This document shows positions 13,091 through 24,141 of a stretch of 64,000 nucleotides of DNA, piece after piece (the first letter of the stretch is position 1; each line of letters opens with the position of its first letter). The notes under the pieces were generated by a model. The model did no database searches. It was given only the letters and a program-made list of their open reading frames with translations, and was not told the DNA's origin. This DNA is from Marsupella aquatica (lineage: Eukaryota > Plantae > Marchantiophyta), in assembly GCA_973895155.1 (NCBI GenBank), contig OZ316896.1:9621525-9685524 (forward strand). The letters are read 5' to 3'. The translations under genes and the position numbers were made by a program.

Positions 13091-14434
13091 GCTCCAATTC
13101 AAAGGTTCAGGTAAGACGAAGCATTGCGCGTCTCTCATCCAAACCAGGCAAAATGGTCCAAGAGCTGTGCAGCCAGATCTTGGGCAAATAGACGATCTGC
13201 TCAGAACAAGCATGCACTACAAATCGTGAAACATCAAGTAAAGCCTGCAATGGCCAGATTCCCGAACTCCTGTAGGTCCGTTGCAAAATGCTCGCCTCCG
13301 TTTATGGTGAAAACTTCCAACCCTCCACAAACAGGCCAGTTACATACGAAGTTCTAGCACAATAGCAAGAGCAGCGACAGATGTTTGAAAAACTCATTTC
13401 GCCAATTGATACCTAGATCCCCATCGAAGCTCAACGAGAAGGCAGGAGACCAGACGAAGTTAAACCCGTCAGCTGGTGACCTACGGCCAGCCCGTAATTA
13501 GATAAAAATGTGAAATGCAGATCGTGTCAAGATCCCAATCTTAGTCGTATCACCAGGCCTGCCTTGAATTAGATAGGATGTGATTTGAATCATTCCCATT
13601 GAGGATCCCTCTACTTCCAGAAGCTGCCGGAAACGACGCTCCAATACCCAAATCAGAAGCCACGCATGCATCAAGTACCTTAACAGAGATCTGTCACGAT
13701 TTTGCGTCAGCAACAACTTTCAGCTTATCAGTGTAACAATCACAATGCGAGGCGTTGATCGTTCTTGTACTGGGATCAAGATCTTAATTTAATGCGAATA
13801 GGGAGAGCACAAACATGTGGCGAAATTCCACAAATAGGAAGCACGTAGGTAGCATTCCACCCTTACATGAGAGCTGTATTGGCTTCCTGTGGCCGGAAGA
13901 GACAGACGAAATTCTTGCATGAAATTATAACAGTCATCCAAAGCTTTCCGTTAATCTGCTGGATTGCATCTAACGGGACAGTCGTACTCAAGCACCCATA
14001 CATAAATCTAAATCGTGAACCGGACCTTCTCCCCAGCTGACCACATAAAAATGAATGAGCCACTAAAATGCTCATGTAGGAATTAATGTTGCCAAATCTA
14101 CAATTGTACCAGAGAGGTCACGCATGCTACCTCACGACTTGGTCTCAGCCAATTGGCTCCATCCATCCAGCTCCCCCACGTTCATTACTGGTAGCTCGAT
14201 GGACCATCATGCACCTTCACATCCATGGCAAGCACCTACCATACATCTGTCCAACAAGGGCCATAGTGGGCGGAACTAACCAGCTCTATTTAATTTGGTT
14301 CTGGAACAGGGCCTACGTTCCATTTCACTAATCGCTGCTCTCTGCAGCAAAGAATCTTCTCGGTGCTCCTCTATGTTTTTTCTCGAACTATACAAGACAC
14401 TACAAAACCATTCAGGACCTGAAAAGGCTATTAT

Positions 14435-15880
14435 CTAGACAGCTGTGGACAAATCCTTCACCCATGGATCCAGAGGCTTTCCGATGGTATACACCACGAA
14501 TCCGATCTTCCGCAATGCCGGGCCATTCAGCACATTCCGCCCATCAAAGACAAATGCAGGCTTTTGCATATTGTCGTACACCTTCTGATAATCCAGCTTC
14601 TTGAACTCGTCCCATTCGGTAATCACACAGAGCCCATGAGCACCCTTTACTGCCTCATACGGATCCCGCACGACGGTCACCTGCTTGTCATCTACGGAGT
14701 TAACTTTCTGCAAGTGCTGAGGATGGTCCCAGTCGAATTTGTTCATCGCCAAATCGCGCCTGATCTGGTCCTCCGTAACCTGAGGATCGTAGATGCTCAG
14801 AAGAGCCTTGTCACCCAGAAGCCCATTGCATACATCGATAGCCGGAGTCTCTCTGGTATCTCCGGTGTCCTTCTTGAAAGCAAAACCCAAGATGCCGATC
14901 TTCTTCCCGGACACGGTGTTGAACATAGATGACACCACTCTCTTCACGAACCGGTTCTTCTGATAATCATTGATGGACACCACCTGTTTCCAGTAGTTCG
15001 CCACTTCCATCAGCCCATTGCACTCACAGATGTACACCAGATTGAGGATATCCTTCTGGAAGCACGAACCTCCGAAGCCCACGCTGGTCCCCAAAAACTT
15101 GGACCCGATTCTGGAGTCCGTGCCGATCGCATACGACACTTCTGCCACATCGGCTCCCGTAGCCTCGCAGAGGGCGGACATTGCATTCACCGAGGAGATC
15201 CTCTGAGCAAGGAACGCATTGGCAGCGAGCTTGGAGAGCTCGGCGGACCACAGATTGGTGGTCAGGATGCGGTCCTCGGGCACCCAATGCGCGTACACGG
15301 CCTTGAGATCAGCGACTGCTTTCTGACCCTCGGGAGTCTCCCGACCTCCGATCAGAACGCGATCGGGCTTGTCGAGATCCGCCATGGCAGTGCCCTCTGC
15401 AAGGAACTCGGGGTTGGAGAGGATCTGGAAGCTGATCCCCTTGTTGTTGTGCGTCAGGATCTTCTCAATAGCCTCTGCAGTCTTCACAGGCACGGTCGAT
15501 TTCTCGACCACGATCTTGTCCGACTTCGACACCTCGGCAATCATGCGCGCTGCGCTCTCCCAGTAGGTCAGATCGGCAGCCTTGCCGGCTCCCAGACCCC
15601 GCGTTTTCGTAGGAGTATTGACAGACACAAAGATAATGTCCGCTTCCGCAACGAGCTTCTCGACATCAGTCGAAAAGAACAAGTTTTTCCCCCTGCACGC
15701 CTTGACGATCTCATCAAGCCCGGGCTCGTAGATAGGCAACTCATCGCTGTTCCACGCTGCAATCCTCGGCTTCGAGATGTCCACCACATTCACAATGATG
15801 TTCGGGCATTTCAAGGCGATCATGGCCATCGTCGGCCCGCCCACGTACCCAGCTCCAATGCAGCATATCTTCACTCCCAT
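14435..15880 (-). CDS. UGD: UDP-glucose 6-dehydrogenase, copy 1 (481 aa, intronless CDS)
   Basis: Rossmann motif [26 protein letters not shown] and catalytic [13 protein letters not shown] at 15880 is chosen by alignment with the paralogs. Confidence 0.97.
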   Translation of the reverse strand: MGVKICCIGAGYVGGPTMAMIALKCPNIIVNVVDISKPRIAAWNSDELPIYEPGLDEIVKACRGKNLFFSTDVEKLVAEADIIFVSVNTPTKTRGLGAGKAADLTYWESAARMIAEVSKSDKIVVEKSTVPVKTAEAIEKILTHNNKGISFQILSNPEFLAEGTAMADLDKPDRVLIGGRETPEGQKAVADLKAVYAHWVPEDRILTTNLWSAELSKLAANAFLAQRISSVNAMSALCEATGADVAEVSYAIGTDSRIGSKFLGTSVGFGGSCFQKDILNLVYICECNGLMEVANYWKQVVSINDYQKNRFVKRVVSSMFNTVSGKKIGILGFAFKKDTGDTRETPAIDVCNGLLGDKALLSIYDPQVTEDQIRRDLAMNKFDWDHPQHLQKVNSVDDKQVTVVRDPYEAVKGAHGLCVITEWDEFKKLDYQKVYDNMQKPAFVFDGRNVLNGPALRKIGFVVYTIGKPLDPWVKDLSTAV

Positions 15881-16431
15881 GATGGCAATCCTTTCTCCCG
15901 ATCCTCGACAATCAGGCACACTAATCGACCACCTCTTTCAATCAAACTCTCCCGCACACAAATGCCTCCTCCTCTCACTCCTCTCTCCTCTGCTCAGCTC
16001 TGCTCAGCTCTGCTCAACTCTTGCTCTGGGCTGCAATTGTGCAATTGGGAGTTCTCTTTAGAGCTCTCTTCGTCGGAGAGGAGGTTCTCCGATCCGCTAT
16101 TGCCGGCGTAAAGTGGAAAGAAAGGGGCTCGTTGCTCTCTCGAAGCGACCACGAGCGAACGCGCAAAGCTGTCGAAGAGGAGGGGAGAGGAGAAAGCTGT
16201 GGAACAGGAGAGGAGAGGAGAGAGGAGGGGAGAGGAGAGGAGAGGAGAGACGCTTCGGTCCACCATGGCAATCAGGCGGGGTGGCAGACCACGGTCACGC
16301 TCGCTCCACCCAGCCCGGGGCAGGGTGTAAAGCGGCTTCGCCTGTACAGGTTTTACAAGCTGGACACCCGGGAGATTCGCGCACGCCACGACCGGGACGG
16401 ACCGACGGGAGGGAGCGAGCCGGAGGTCGTC

Positions 16432-16745
16432 GGTCGGTCGAAGATGGCCAGGGCTTCGGGGCCCGCTGGGATGACAGTATGGTGGGATAGCCCTGGCCCC
16501 GGTTTTGCTCCGCTTAGAAGAGGCATAGCGCACGTTTTCTCGGTCGGTCGGCCATCTTCGGGGGCCAGGGCTTCGGGGGCAAATGGGATGACAACTGGTG
16601 TGGTATAGCCCTGGCCCCGGTTCTGCTCGGCTGAGAAGAGGCATAGCGCACGTTTTCTTGGCCTGTTGGGTAGCCCTGGCCATAGTGTCTCTCGGCGGGC
16701 AAGAGGCATAGCGCACGTTTTCTTGGCACGGTTGAAGATGGTCGA
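16432..16745. repeat. GC-rich ~110-bp tandem repeat (about 2.5 copies) upstream of UGD copy 1
   Basis: aagaggcatagcgcacgttttct x3, tagccctggcc x3 and ggccagggcttcgggg x2. Confidence 0.85.
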
Positions 16746-17521
16746 AAATGTATGGCACCGGCCCCTGCTTTCATTTTCTTTTGTTTTGGTGTTTCAGGAA
16801 CTCTAGAAAGGCGTCTCAAATATGTTTATTTTTCAGGTTTCACTGTGCCAGTACTCGTGCAGATTGGGACAATAATCATGATTGGTAGAGCACCTAATGG
16901 GAGACCCAACCAATCACGTAGGAACAGTAAGTACCCAAATTTTGCAGGAAACCCAAGCACATACAGTGTGCTGCTACCCTACTTATATTTTAGTACCAAA
17001 GGAAAATTATCTTTGGTTGTACCCTGTGGGGGTGCACCAGAGAGCCTCGCCAGCTGCTAGGGAGGTGCCATTTTTTGATATATGAGACACCCAAAACCTA
17101 TAACTGCAAATCCTGGCTTATTCCAAGGCAAACCAAGCTGTTTTCCCCACCCGTTGTTGCAATCTCTGCAAGGGCTTTGTAAGGATATGAACTTGTGTAC
17201 ACTTATGGGTATGAGCATAAATCCTACATGAAATCTTTGTGAATGATTGTATACAGTTTCTATGTGAAGTGTTGCACTTATGAGATAGGATGCGGGGATC
17301 CAGTACAAACAAAATGAATTGTCCTTTGTATCATCTTGACTTTGCACTTGTTTGGATTCTAAACACTAAGAAACTTAAATACCCTAAACTTGACAAAGTC
17401 ACACAATGTCACAACTTTAGAAAGGTATGGAAATTCACAAACTTGTCAATCAAATGAGTCAATCAATCAGAATGATCAAATGGTCAGCTTTACTCATTGT
17501 TGTTTTAAAATTAAATGAATC

Positions 17522-17866
17522 TGTTGAGCATAGACGATAATCGCAACGGCAAGCCCATGAACCATCCAACGCACAAGAGTTGATACAAATAGATACGTGG
17601 TTCACCTCCACATGAGACTACGTTCATGGGAACACACATGAGCTTTACTGCACTCTAGGTCGACCGGCCATACCAAGCATCCACAACGCAAGCTCTCTAT
17701 ATCTCTCAACTAGCTCCGTAATAATGGGCCTAAGTTCCCCCTCTCCAAGCAAACACCGCTTGGTTATAGAGTGTGCACAACATGACTAACCTAACCAAGT
17801 CTGTGACTAAGGTTAGCCTTAACTACGGTACAATAGTTACTCTAGACCTAAGAGTAAATCCTAACG
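17522..17866 (-). mobile_element. Solo LTR related to the copia LTR family
   Basis: Begins tgttgagcatagacgataatcgcaacggcaagcccatgaaccatcc, ends agagtaaatcctaacg, and is flanked by TSD GAATC at 17517-17521 and 17867-17871. Confidence 0.92.
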
Positions 17867-20800
17867 GAATCAAACCTAAATCAATACTTTATTATACTTT
17901 GAAAGGTAAATGGAATTGTTATAGATATTTATTTGTTGGCCACCCTCTATGTTTTATGGCATGGTCATTCTTAAATTTCCCATATTTTTACCATTCCTGG
18001 GTCTAACAGTTTTTTTCTGTCAATCAAACAAAGATAATTTCATGTTTGTTTTACGAGGGATATGCTTAACATACCCCCAAACAACAATTTCTTGCTTGAT
18101 CAACCCCCAAAGTACATTTGTTACCCAATGGACCCCATCTGACAGTTTTTTGTAGATAGTGCTTGTGAGGAGCACTATAGGGAAACTTTACCACAGTGAA
18201 CTCTAATTTTCTATCATATGAGCTCGTGGTCTCGCCCACAGTACGCCGCAATTGTGTCGAGATAGGAGTCTGCCCGCAATCCCCACGTGACAAGAATGAC
18301 ACTGGATGCAGTTGTGAGTACTTTTCTGTTTAAAGACAAAACTAGTATGGTCTTCAGTCATTCAGGGGTTAGTCTTAGTCGTCTAAGTTTTAGAGGTAGT
18401 AAAATTGGGCTGCTATCTCCATAATGTTCATCTCTACTTTGTTGGGAATCTTTATGTCGAGTGCAAATGGACAAATCTATTTTTGGATCTCCTCCAAGAC
18501 AAATGCTTTGCTAGATTTCTTTGACACCAATTTGCTAAACCTGCACACTTGTGTTCATAAGTTATTAAATGTTTTCAATCTTTATAAGGCAGGACCATTA
18601 TGACAACCAAGAATCCAAACACTTTTCAACTTCTCCAAAATACTCAAAATGTTTGCCCTTTCAAATTTGAGTTGCCTTTGCTTCCACTACCAGCAATTGA
18701 ACTAAGACACTTGGCATTATGTATTCTAAACAAGTTGTATTCACAAGAATAAACAATAACATATCAACAACGATTGATGACAACATTAAAATCTTACACA
18801 CCTTCTTATGGGCTTTTCCCATCAAGTATCCTGGCCACCACCTAAATCCATGTGCAATTGCATCTTGTTTTTGGGCACGCTCTATCTTGTGGTGGTAATT
18901 TGTCACATTACACAGATCCCCTCTATGCCAAAGATGCACAATGACATCAAAATCTCCAACATCTGATATCCCTAAGAGTACCTCACACCACTACAATGTC
19001 ATCCAGATTGCATGCAACACTAATCAAAAGACACTTCAGGAGCCTCCCAATAACCTTTGATGAGATAGATTCCCCCAAACCTTGTGACCCGACAGAAGTT
19101 GTCTCGACAGAATGTAAAACAATGAACATTTGGACCACTTTTTATGAGGACAATTCAACAATGAACATCTGAAGGCATTACCCATATTGTCTTCACATTA
19201 TTTTTGAAATCCTTGGTAGTCGCCGTCGCGACAAGGCTTACCCTAAACCAAACATGTGATGGTTTGGTCAAGCACCCATGGACACGTTCAAGTAGACTGC
19301 AATTGCAATACACTGTTTTGCCATGAACTGGGCTCACGTTCTCATATGTTGTAGTACAAAGCATAATACCCTATACAAGAACATTTCACCAGAAACTATA
19401 AAAGGTGGTCGATTGGGTAACAAATGGACTTTGGAACAAGAAACAGTTGTTTGGGGTTCTGTTAATTAAGCATATAGCTCATTTGTTTACCACCACAAAA
19501 ATCATAGTTTGTATTCCCAACTGAAACCATGGAGGTGGCACAATCATATGCTAGGAATTTTACAAAGAACTTGTCATGGGGTCATTTAACAATACAATGT
19601 CTATAATGGCAAGAGGAGACAAAGAGTTGAAAGGTCCCACACCACAAGTCTTATTCTAGGTGCTTGGTGATCATAATGGACTGAATCTAGCAAAACATTT
19701 TCCCAGACATTTGTTTGCTTCTTGGGATCATATTTTCTAGGGGTAGTTCACTATCATAGCCATGAAGTAGGGTGCTGGACTTGAACCAGGGACCAAAGGG
19801 CCTTGATCCAAAAGGCAAAACACTTCGAAGTGTTTTTAGGGGGACTTTTCATAGAACCAACCGTTCCATTTTGCTTGACCGTTTTTACCATATTGAATCT
19901 TCACTATTGGAAGCTTTTGGTGACAAGTAGATCTTACATAAGAACAACAATAGAACATGGTTTGGAGATTAAAAACCCTATTTGGCCTTTTGTGGGGCCA
20001 TTCATTTTGTTGGGACATTCTGATGTGTCATGATTGACAAGACAAGAAATCAATAGAGAGTTATTCCCTCCACATTCCTAGGGAATCTTTGTGATTGTCC
20101 ATTTCTTGCACACACCACCTAGCGGTAATTTGGTTTGCACAAAGTTGTTTTTTAAAGAGTCCTGACTTTCATGGGTGGCCATCAAACATTTTCCCAACCA
20201 AAAAGGTTTATTAGTCTTATATTTCCAAAAGTGATGTCCCTTAGGGACAGTGTGACTATCCAGCACAAACCCCCTGGACCGAGGGAGTTGACAGTATAAA
20301 CGGAATTATGGGAGAAATTCAAGAACACTCCCAAACAGGATGCAAGACTTTATATGAATGGAAACACCAGAAAGACTATGCTGTCAATCAACAAGAGATT
20401 AATACAAAACTTGCTTTCAAATCAAAATCTAAAAACTAGAGAACTTACAATTATTAACCCGTGCATTTTTTCTGGTTCATGACTTGTCTGTTATCAAAAT
20501 CATTGGCTGTTGGAAAAGCTGATAGACTCTGCTTCCAGCAAACATAGGTGGGTTGTATGGCGTTCAGTATAGAAAGAGAAATAATATATGCAATTTATAT
20601 GACAGGACAATGGAAGGGTAAATTTTGAGATGGAGAATTCCTAACAGAATGAGAAATTTAACACCACAAAAATGAAACAGCAGTCAGTTGCTCTCGTCAG
20701 TCCTTATTCTATGCTGCAAGTAAGCTGCAGGAATCCAATAATGATCCTTGGTTCTTACAATGTTCAACTACCAAAGATTGTGGAACAATTGCATCAAGTA

Positions 20801-21440
20801 AAAAAAATTGAAAACTTACAACCATTGACCTGTGCATTTGTCAGGGTTAATAACTTCCTTGCATGTTATTAGAATCAAGTGATTGTTGGCTCGTTGAAAA
20901 GTTGATTTGATTCCACTTCCAACAAGCTCAAGTGAGTTTCCTCAAGCTGAGTATTAGAAAAGAAATGTCAGTTGCAATTTGATGATGGGAGACTGGAGAT
21001 ATAAACCTTGGGGCAGTGGCCTATGTAATCAAGGCCATGAGTTTGAATAAATGAAAGTATTTTAAAAATCATTTTAGGCTAAGCAGATAAACATTTTTTC
21101 TAATCTAGGGGTTATATAAAAGTGACATTGGGGAAGACAATTTATGTGACGGGGTCCCGCCACGGTAAATCACCATTAGTGTCACCAGCAAGACACCTGT
21201 AAATAAATAAGCCGCGAGTTTTTTTAATTTTTTAATGTTCTTTAAATCTATAAAGTTTTTTTAAAGCATCTCGGGATAGTCGGAGACCCCAACAGTTTTG
21301 TCTAGACCCGGGTTAATTATGGGGCAAAAACCTGGGGGGGTTTAAAATTGTGACTTTCCGGGAAGGTAAGGAAGTCCGGGAAATAAGCATTTTTAATTTT
21401 TTGGTAACACCCCTTCTAAAGCAACACTCAGGCAGGACTG

Positions 21441-21895
21441 GAGGAGTATGGGGGGTTTAATTAAACCCCCATTAAATCCTTCTGCGAGCTGCGAGCTGTG
21501 AGCCGCCTGCGGGCCGCGAGCTGCGAGCCGCGAGCTGCGAGCCCTGCAGAGGGCGGGAGCTGCTGCGAGCTGCCGCGAGTGAGGAGTATGGGGGGGTTTT
21601 AAAATAAATCCCTCCTAAGGAGGTCCACGAGCTGCCGTGCGAGGAAGGGGAAGCGTCCGCGAGTGAGCCGCGAGCCGCGAGCTGCGAGCCCTGCAGAGGG
21701 CGAGAGCTGCTGCGAGCTGCCGCGAGTGAGGAGTATGGGGGGGTTTTAAAATAAATCCCTCCTAAGGAGGTCCACGAGCTGCCGTGCGAGGAAGGGGAAG
21801 CGTCCGCGAGTGAGCCGCGAGCTGCGGGCCGCGAGGTGTGAGCCGCGAGCTGCGGGCCGCAAGCCGCAAGCTGCGAGGCGCGAGCTGCGAGGAAG
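21441..21895. repeat. CpG-rich heptamer array (GCGAGCT/GCGAGCC) with a 147-bp tandem duplication
   Basis: gaggagtatggggggg starts at 21581 and 21728, with a partial copy at 21441, among many gcgagc(t/c) units. Confidence 0.9.
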
Positions 21896-22290
21896 GGGGA
21901 CTCCCGCGAGTCGGGACAAAGGAGGGCTCCGGGGCGCAAGGCGAAAAGCTGCTCCCGGGGGGTTTTCGTTGGTTTTTTTCTCTCCCCTCTTTTCTCCTTT
22001 TCACACGACCCTTCTCTTGCCGAAAGCAAACTCGAGTTTCTCTCCCTTATTGCCGAAAGCTTTCTCCTTATGTAACAATTATTTGAGCTCTCTCTCCAAT
22101 TCTTCTCAAGGCTCACTCATGGGGGATTGCGGGGACTGTTCGGGCATTAACGATAGCAACATGAAGTGACGACGGAGGGGATTGAGAGAAATAAATTAAT
22201 CGGGCTACGGGGGCTGTGTCGGGCCAAGGAATTGACATTGCTACGGGTGATGGGATTTGGTGATTGAGAATTTGATTTCAGGATGCATGA

Positions 22291-24141
22291 ATGCTAGATC
22301 AACCGGAGTTTAGCGTGGCACGCATTCGGAGATACAAGGCTGCTTACCGTGACTACGTGGAGACTTTGATTGCAAGGGAGAGAGAAGAGAGAGAAGCTAC
22401 GATGAGCACGGGATTGGCAGCAGGTTCCACACCGGTGGGTAGGAGGAATTTTCGTCGAATTTATCCCAAGACCTCCGCCAAAGTGATGGAGGATTGTCGG
22501 AATATTTTCCAAGCCACCGGGGTTACAGAATTCATGAAGGTGGAGATTACCATCCCTTCGGGGAAGAGCTGGGACATTGAGGCCGGGATGGAGTTACGAA
22601 CAGAGGGAATCTACTTTGAATGTCTCAAACGTGTAGTGCCCCATGTGGAGTTGGCTAGGCTGCTGTTTCTGGGGAATCAAAAATTCTCATTCACACCTCG
22701 GCACATTAGGGGAGAACTCATGTTGAAGATGGTGGCCACTTGGGTGATTAATCCCACCTCCACCACTGCCATCCCTCTTTCCGCTGTCAAGGATGTTGAG
22801 TATAAGGGATTCCTGGCCAAGGTTCATCAACGGGTCCTTGGCAATGTGCAATCCGGGGTGGTGAGTGAAGAGCATTTCGTGGTAGCTATGGACATCAAGA
22901 ACCACCCAGCCCATGTGTACGGATGGTGGTACTACGGGTTGAAGAAGCTGTTGGCCGCTGATCCCGGGAGTGTGAAACCAGGTGGGGCTGTACATTTGAT
23001 GGGGTCATTTGTATTGGCCAGGGCAGAAGGGTTGATTGGTTCCCCGGGACAGGAAGACACGGGATCATCTCTCACCACGGAGATCCGGAGTATTGCCACT
23101 ACCGTTATAGGGAAGCTCACGGAGGAATCATCGTCGGCTGGTGGGGATGAAGATAGAGGAGAAGAAAACCAGGATGAGGACTACACGTTGGAGTGGCTTG
23201 AATCACTCGTAGGAGATCCAAAAAAGCCCTTGGTCTACAACATTCCGGATGTTTACCTGGCAGAGCTACGGGATTTCAGAGAGGGAGTCCATGAGGGACT
23301 CAAGCTAATCCACGCATTGAGAGATTCTCTCAAGCACGCCTCAGCCAGAGTAGAGACGTTAGAGCAGAGTACCCTGTCTCTGAAGGAGGTGATCAAGGCC
23401 AAGGAGGGGACCATTCATGAGAAGGTTAAGCTTCTCCAAGCAGCTCACGTAGAGATCTCCAACTTGAAGGGAGCCTTGTCCACCAAGGCCAAGGAAGCAG
23501 AAGAGGTGGGAGCGTTGAGACAAGCATTGGCCAAAGAGAAGCAGAATTCTGGAGAAGTGGTGGAGTGGAGAAACCAGGTGGGAGCACTACGGAGTCAGGT
23601 GGCCGCCTTTGAGACACGAGCAAAGAGGAGTGAGGCCTTGAGCCTGGGGAAACGGAAGGGCCCCAGCACACCTAGCTCCACACTTTCCCCGGATTTGATC
23701 TCCCAGGCTATTGAGATAGTGGTGAAGGAGGTTAGTGGGAAGTATGGGCCCTTGTTGGATGGAGCCAAGAAGAGTCAGGAGAAGAGCAAGGGCTTGGAGA
23801 AGAAGCTCCGGGAGGTACGGAAATCGTTACGGGAGGCTCAGGTCAGTACGGGGATGCCACCCAGGTCTGTCACCCCCGGGACTCCCATGGCCACAGGGCA
23901 AGTTCTACCGTTGGAGTTGCGGTCCGGAGAAGAGGCTACCCTATGGAAGGACACCATTGGTGAGGGGTACATCAAGGCGTGGCAGGCCTTGGCCACTTTG
24001 AGGAAGCAAGGGAGCGGCAGCACGAAGAGTACCACGGTAAAGAAGAAGAAAAGTGAGGTGGCACTCACTCCCGTGAGTGATGAGGAGGCCCACTCACGGG
24101 GCACAAGCCAGGGCACCGAGAGTGAAGAAGAGGAGGAGTAG
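22291..24141 (+). CDS. 616-aa retroelement accessory-type protein: N-terminal domain resembling Athila ORF1/plant transposon proteins, a long coiled coil, basic NLS-like motifs and an acidic tail
   Basis: Uninterrupted ORF. The pattern LAKVHQRVLG..SGVVSEEH..GWW..L..GSFVLARAEG resembles Athila ORF1-like proteins (recognised by eye). Heptad-rich region at about aa 340-520; KRKGP and KKKK motifs. Confidence 0.7.
   Translation: MLDQPEFSVARIRRYKAAYRDYVETLIAREREEREATMSTGLAAGSTPVGRRNFRRIYPKTSAKVMEDCRNIFQATGVTEFMKVEITIPSGKSWDIEAGMELRTEGIYFECLKRVVPHVELARLLFLGNQKFSFTPRHIRGELMLKMVATWVINPTSTTAIPLSAVKDVEYKGFLAKVHQRVLGNVQSGVVSEEHFVVAMDIKNHPAHVYGWWYYGLKKLLAADPGSVKPGGAVHLMGSFVLARAEGLIGSPGQEDTGSSLTTEIRSIATTVIGKLTEESSSAGGDEDRGEENQDEDYTLEWLESLVGDPKKPLVYNIPDVYLAELRDFREGVHEGLKLIHALRDSLKHASARVETLEQSTLSLKEVIKAKEGTIHEKVKLLQAAHVEISNLKGALSTKAKEAEEVGALRQALAKEKQNSGEVVEWRNQVGALRSQVAAFETRAKRSEALSLGKRKGPSTPSSTLSPDLISQAIEIVVKEVSGKYGPLLDGAKKSQEKSKGLEKKLREVRKSLREAQVSTGMPPRSVTPGTPMATGQVLPLELRSGEEATLWKDTIGEGYIKAWQALATLRKQGSGSTKSTTVKKKKSEVALTPVSDEEAHSRGTSQGTESEEEEE

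Noticed and set aside
14086-14331. Similar antisense ORFs in the 3' flanks of UGD1 and UGD2 (VGGTNQL..LIW)
   Set aside because: Explained by 3'-UTR paralogy. There are 1-bp indels, different starts and stops, and many non-synonymous changes.
15881-15919. 13-aa N-terminal extension of UGD1 in the ORF track
   Set aside because: It relies on a non-ATG start, and the paralogs start at MGV.
15287-16758. Long overlapping ORFs antisense to and upstream of UGD1, and similar ones over UGD2 and UGD3
   Set aside because: Shadow ORFs from GC-rich codon usage, microsatellites and repeats; no recognisable motifs.
18400-21120. Possible decayed DNA-transposon body with diverged repeats at 20440-20960
   Set aside because: No transposase motif, TIR or TSD could be read in any frame.
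21472-22116. 214-aa minus-strand ORF with a 49-aa repeat
   Set aside because: By-product of the GC-rich heptamer array and the 147-bp duplication; low complexity.
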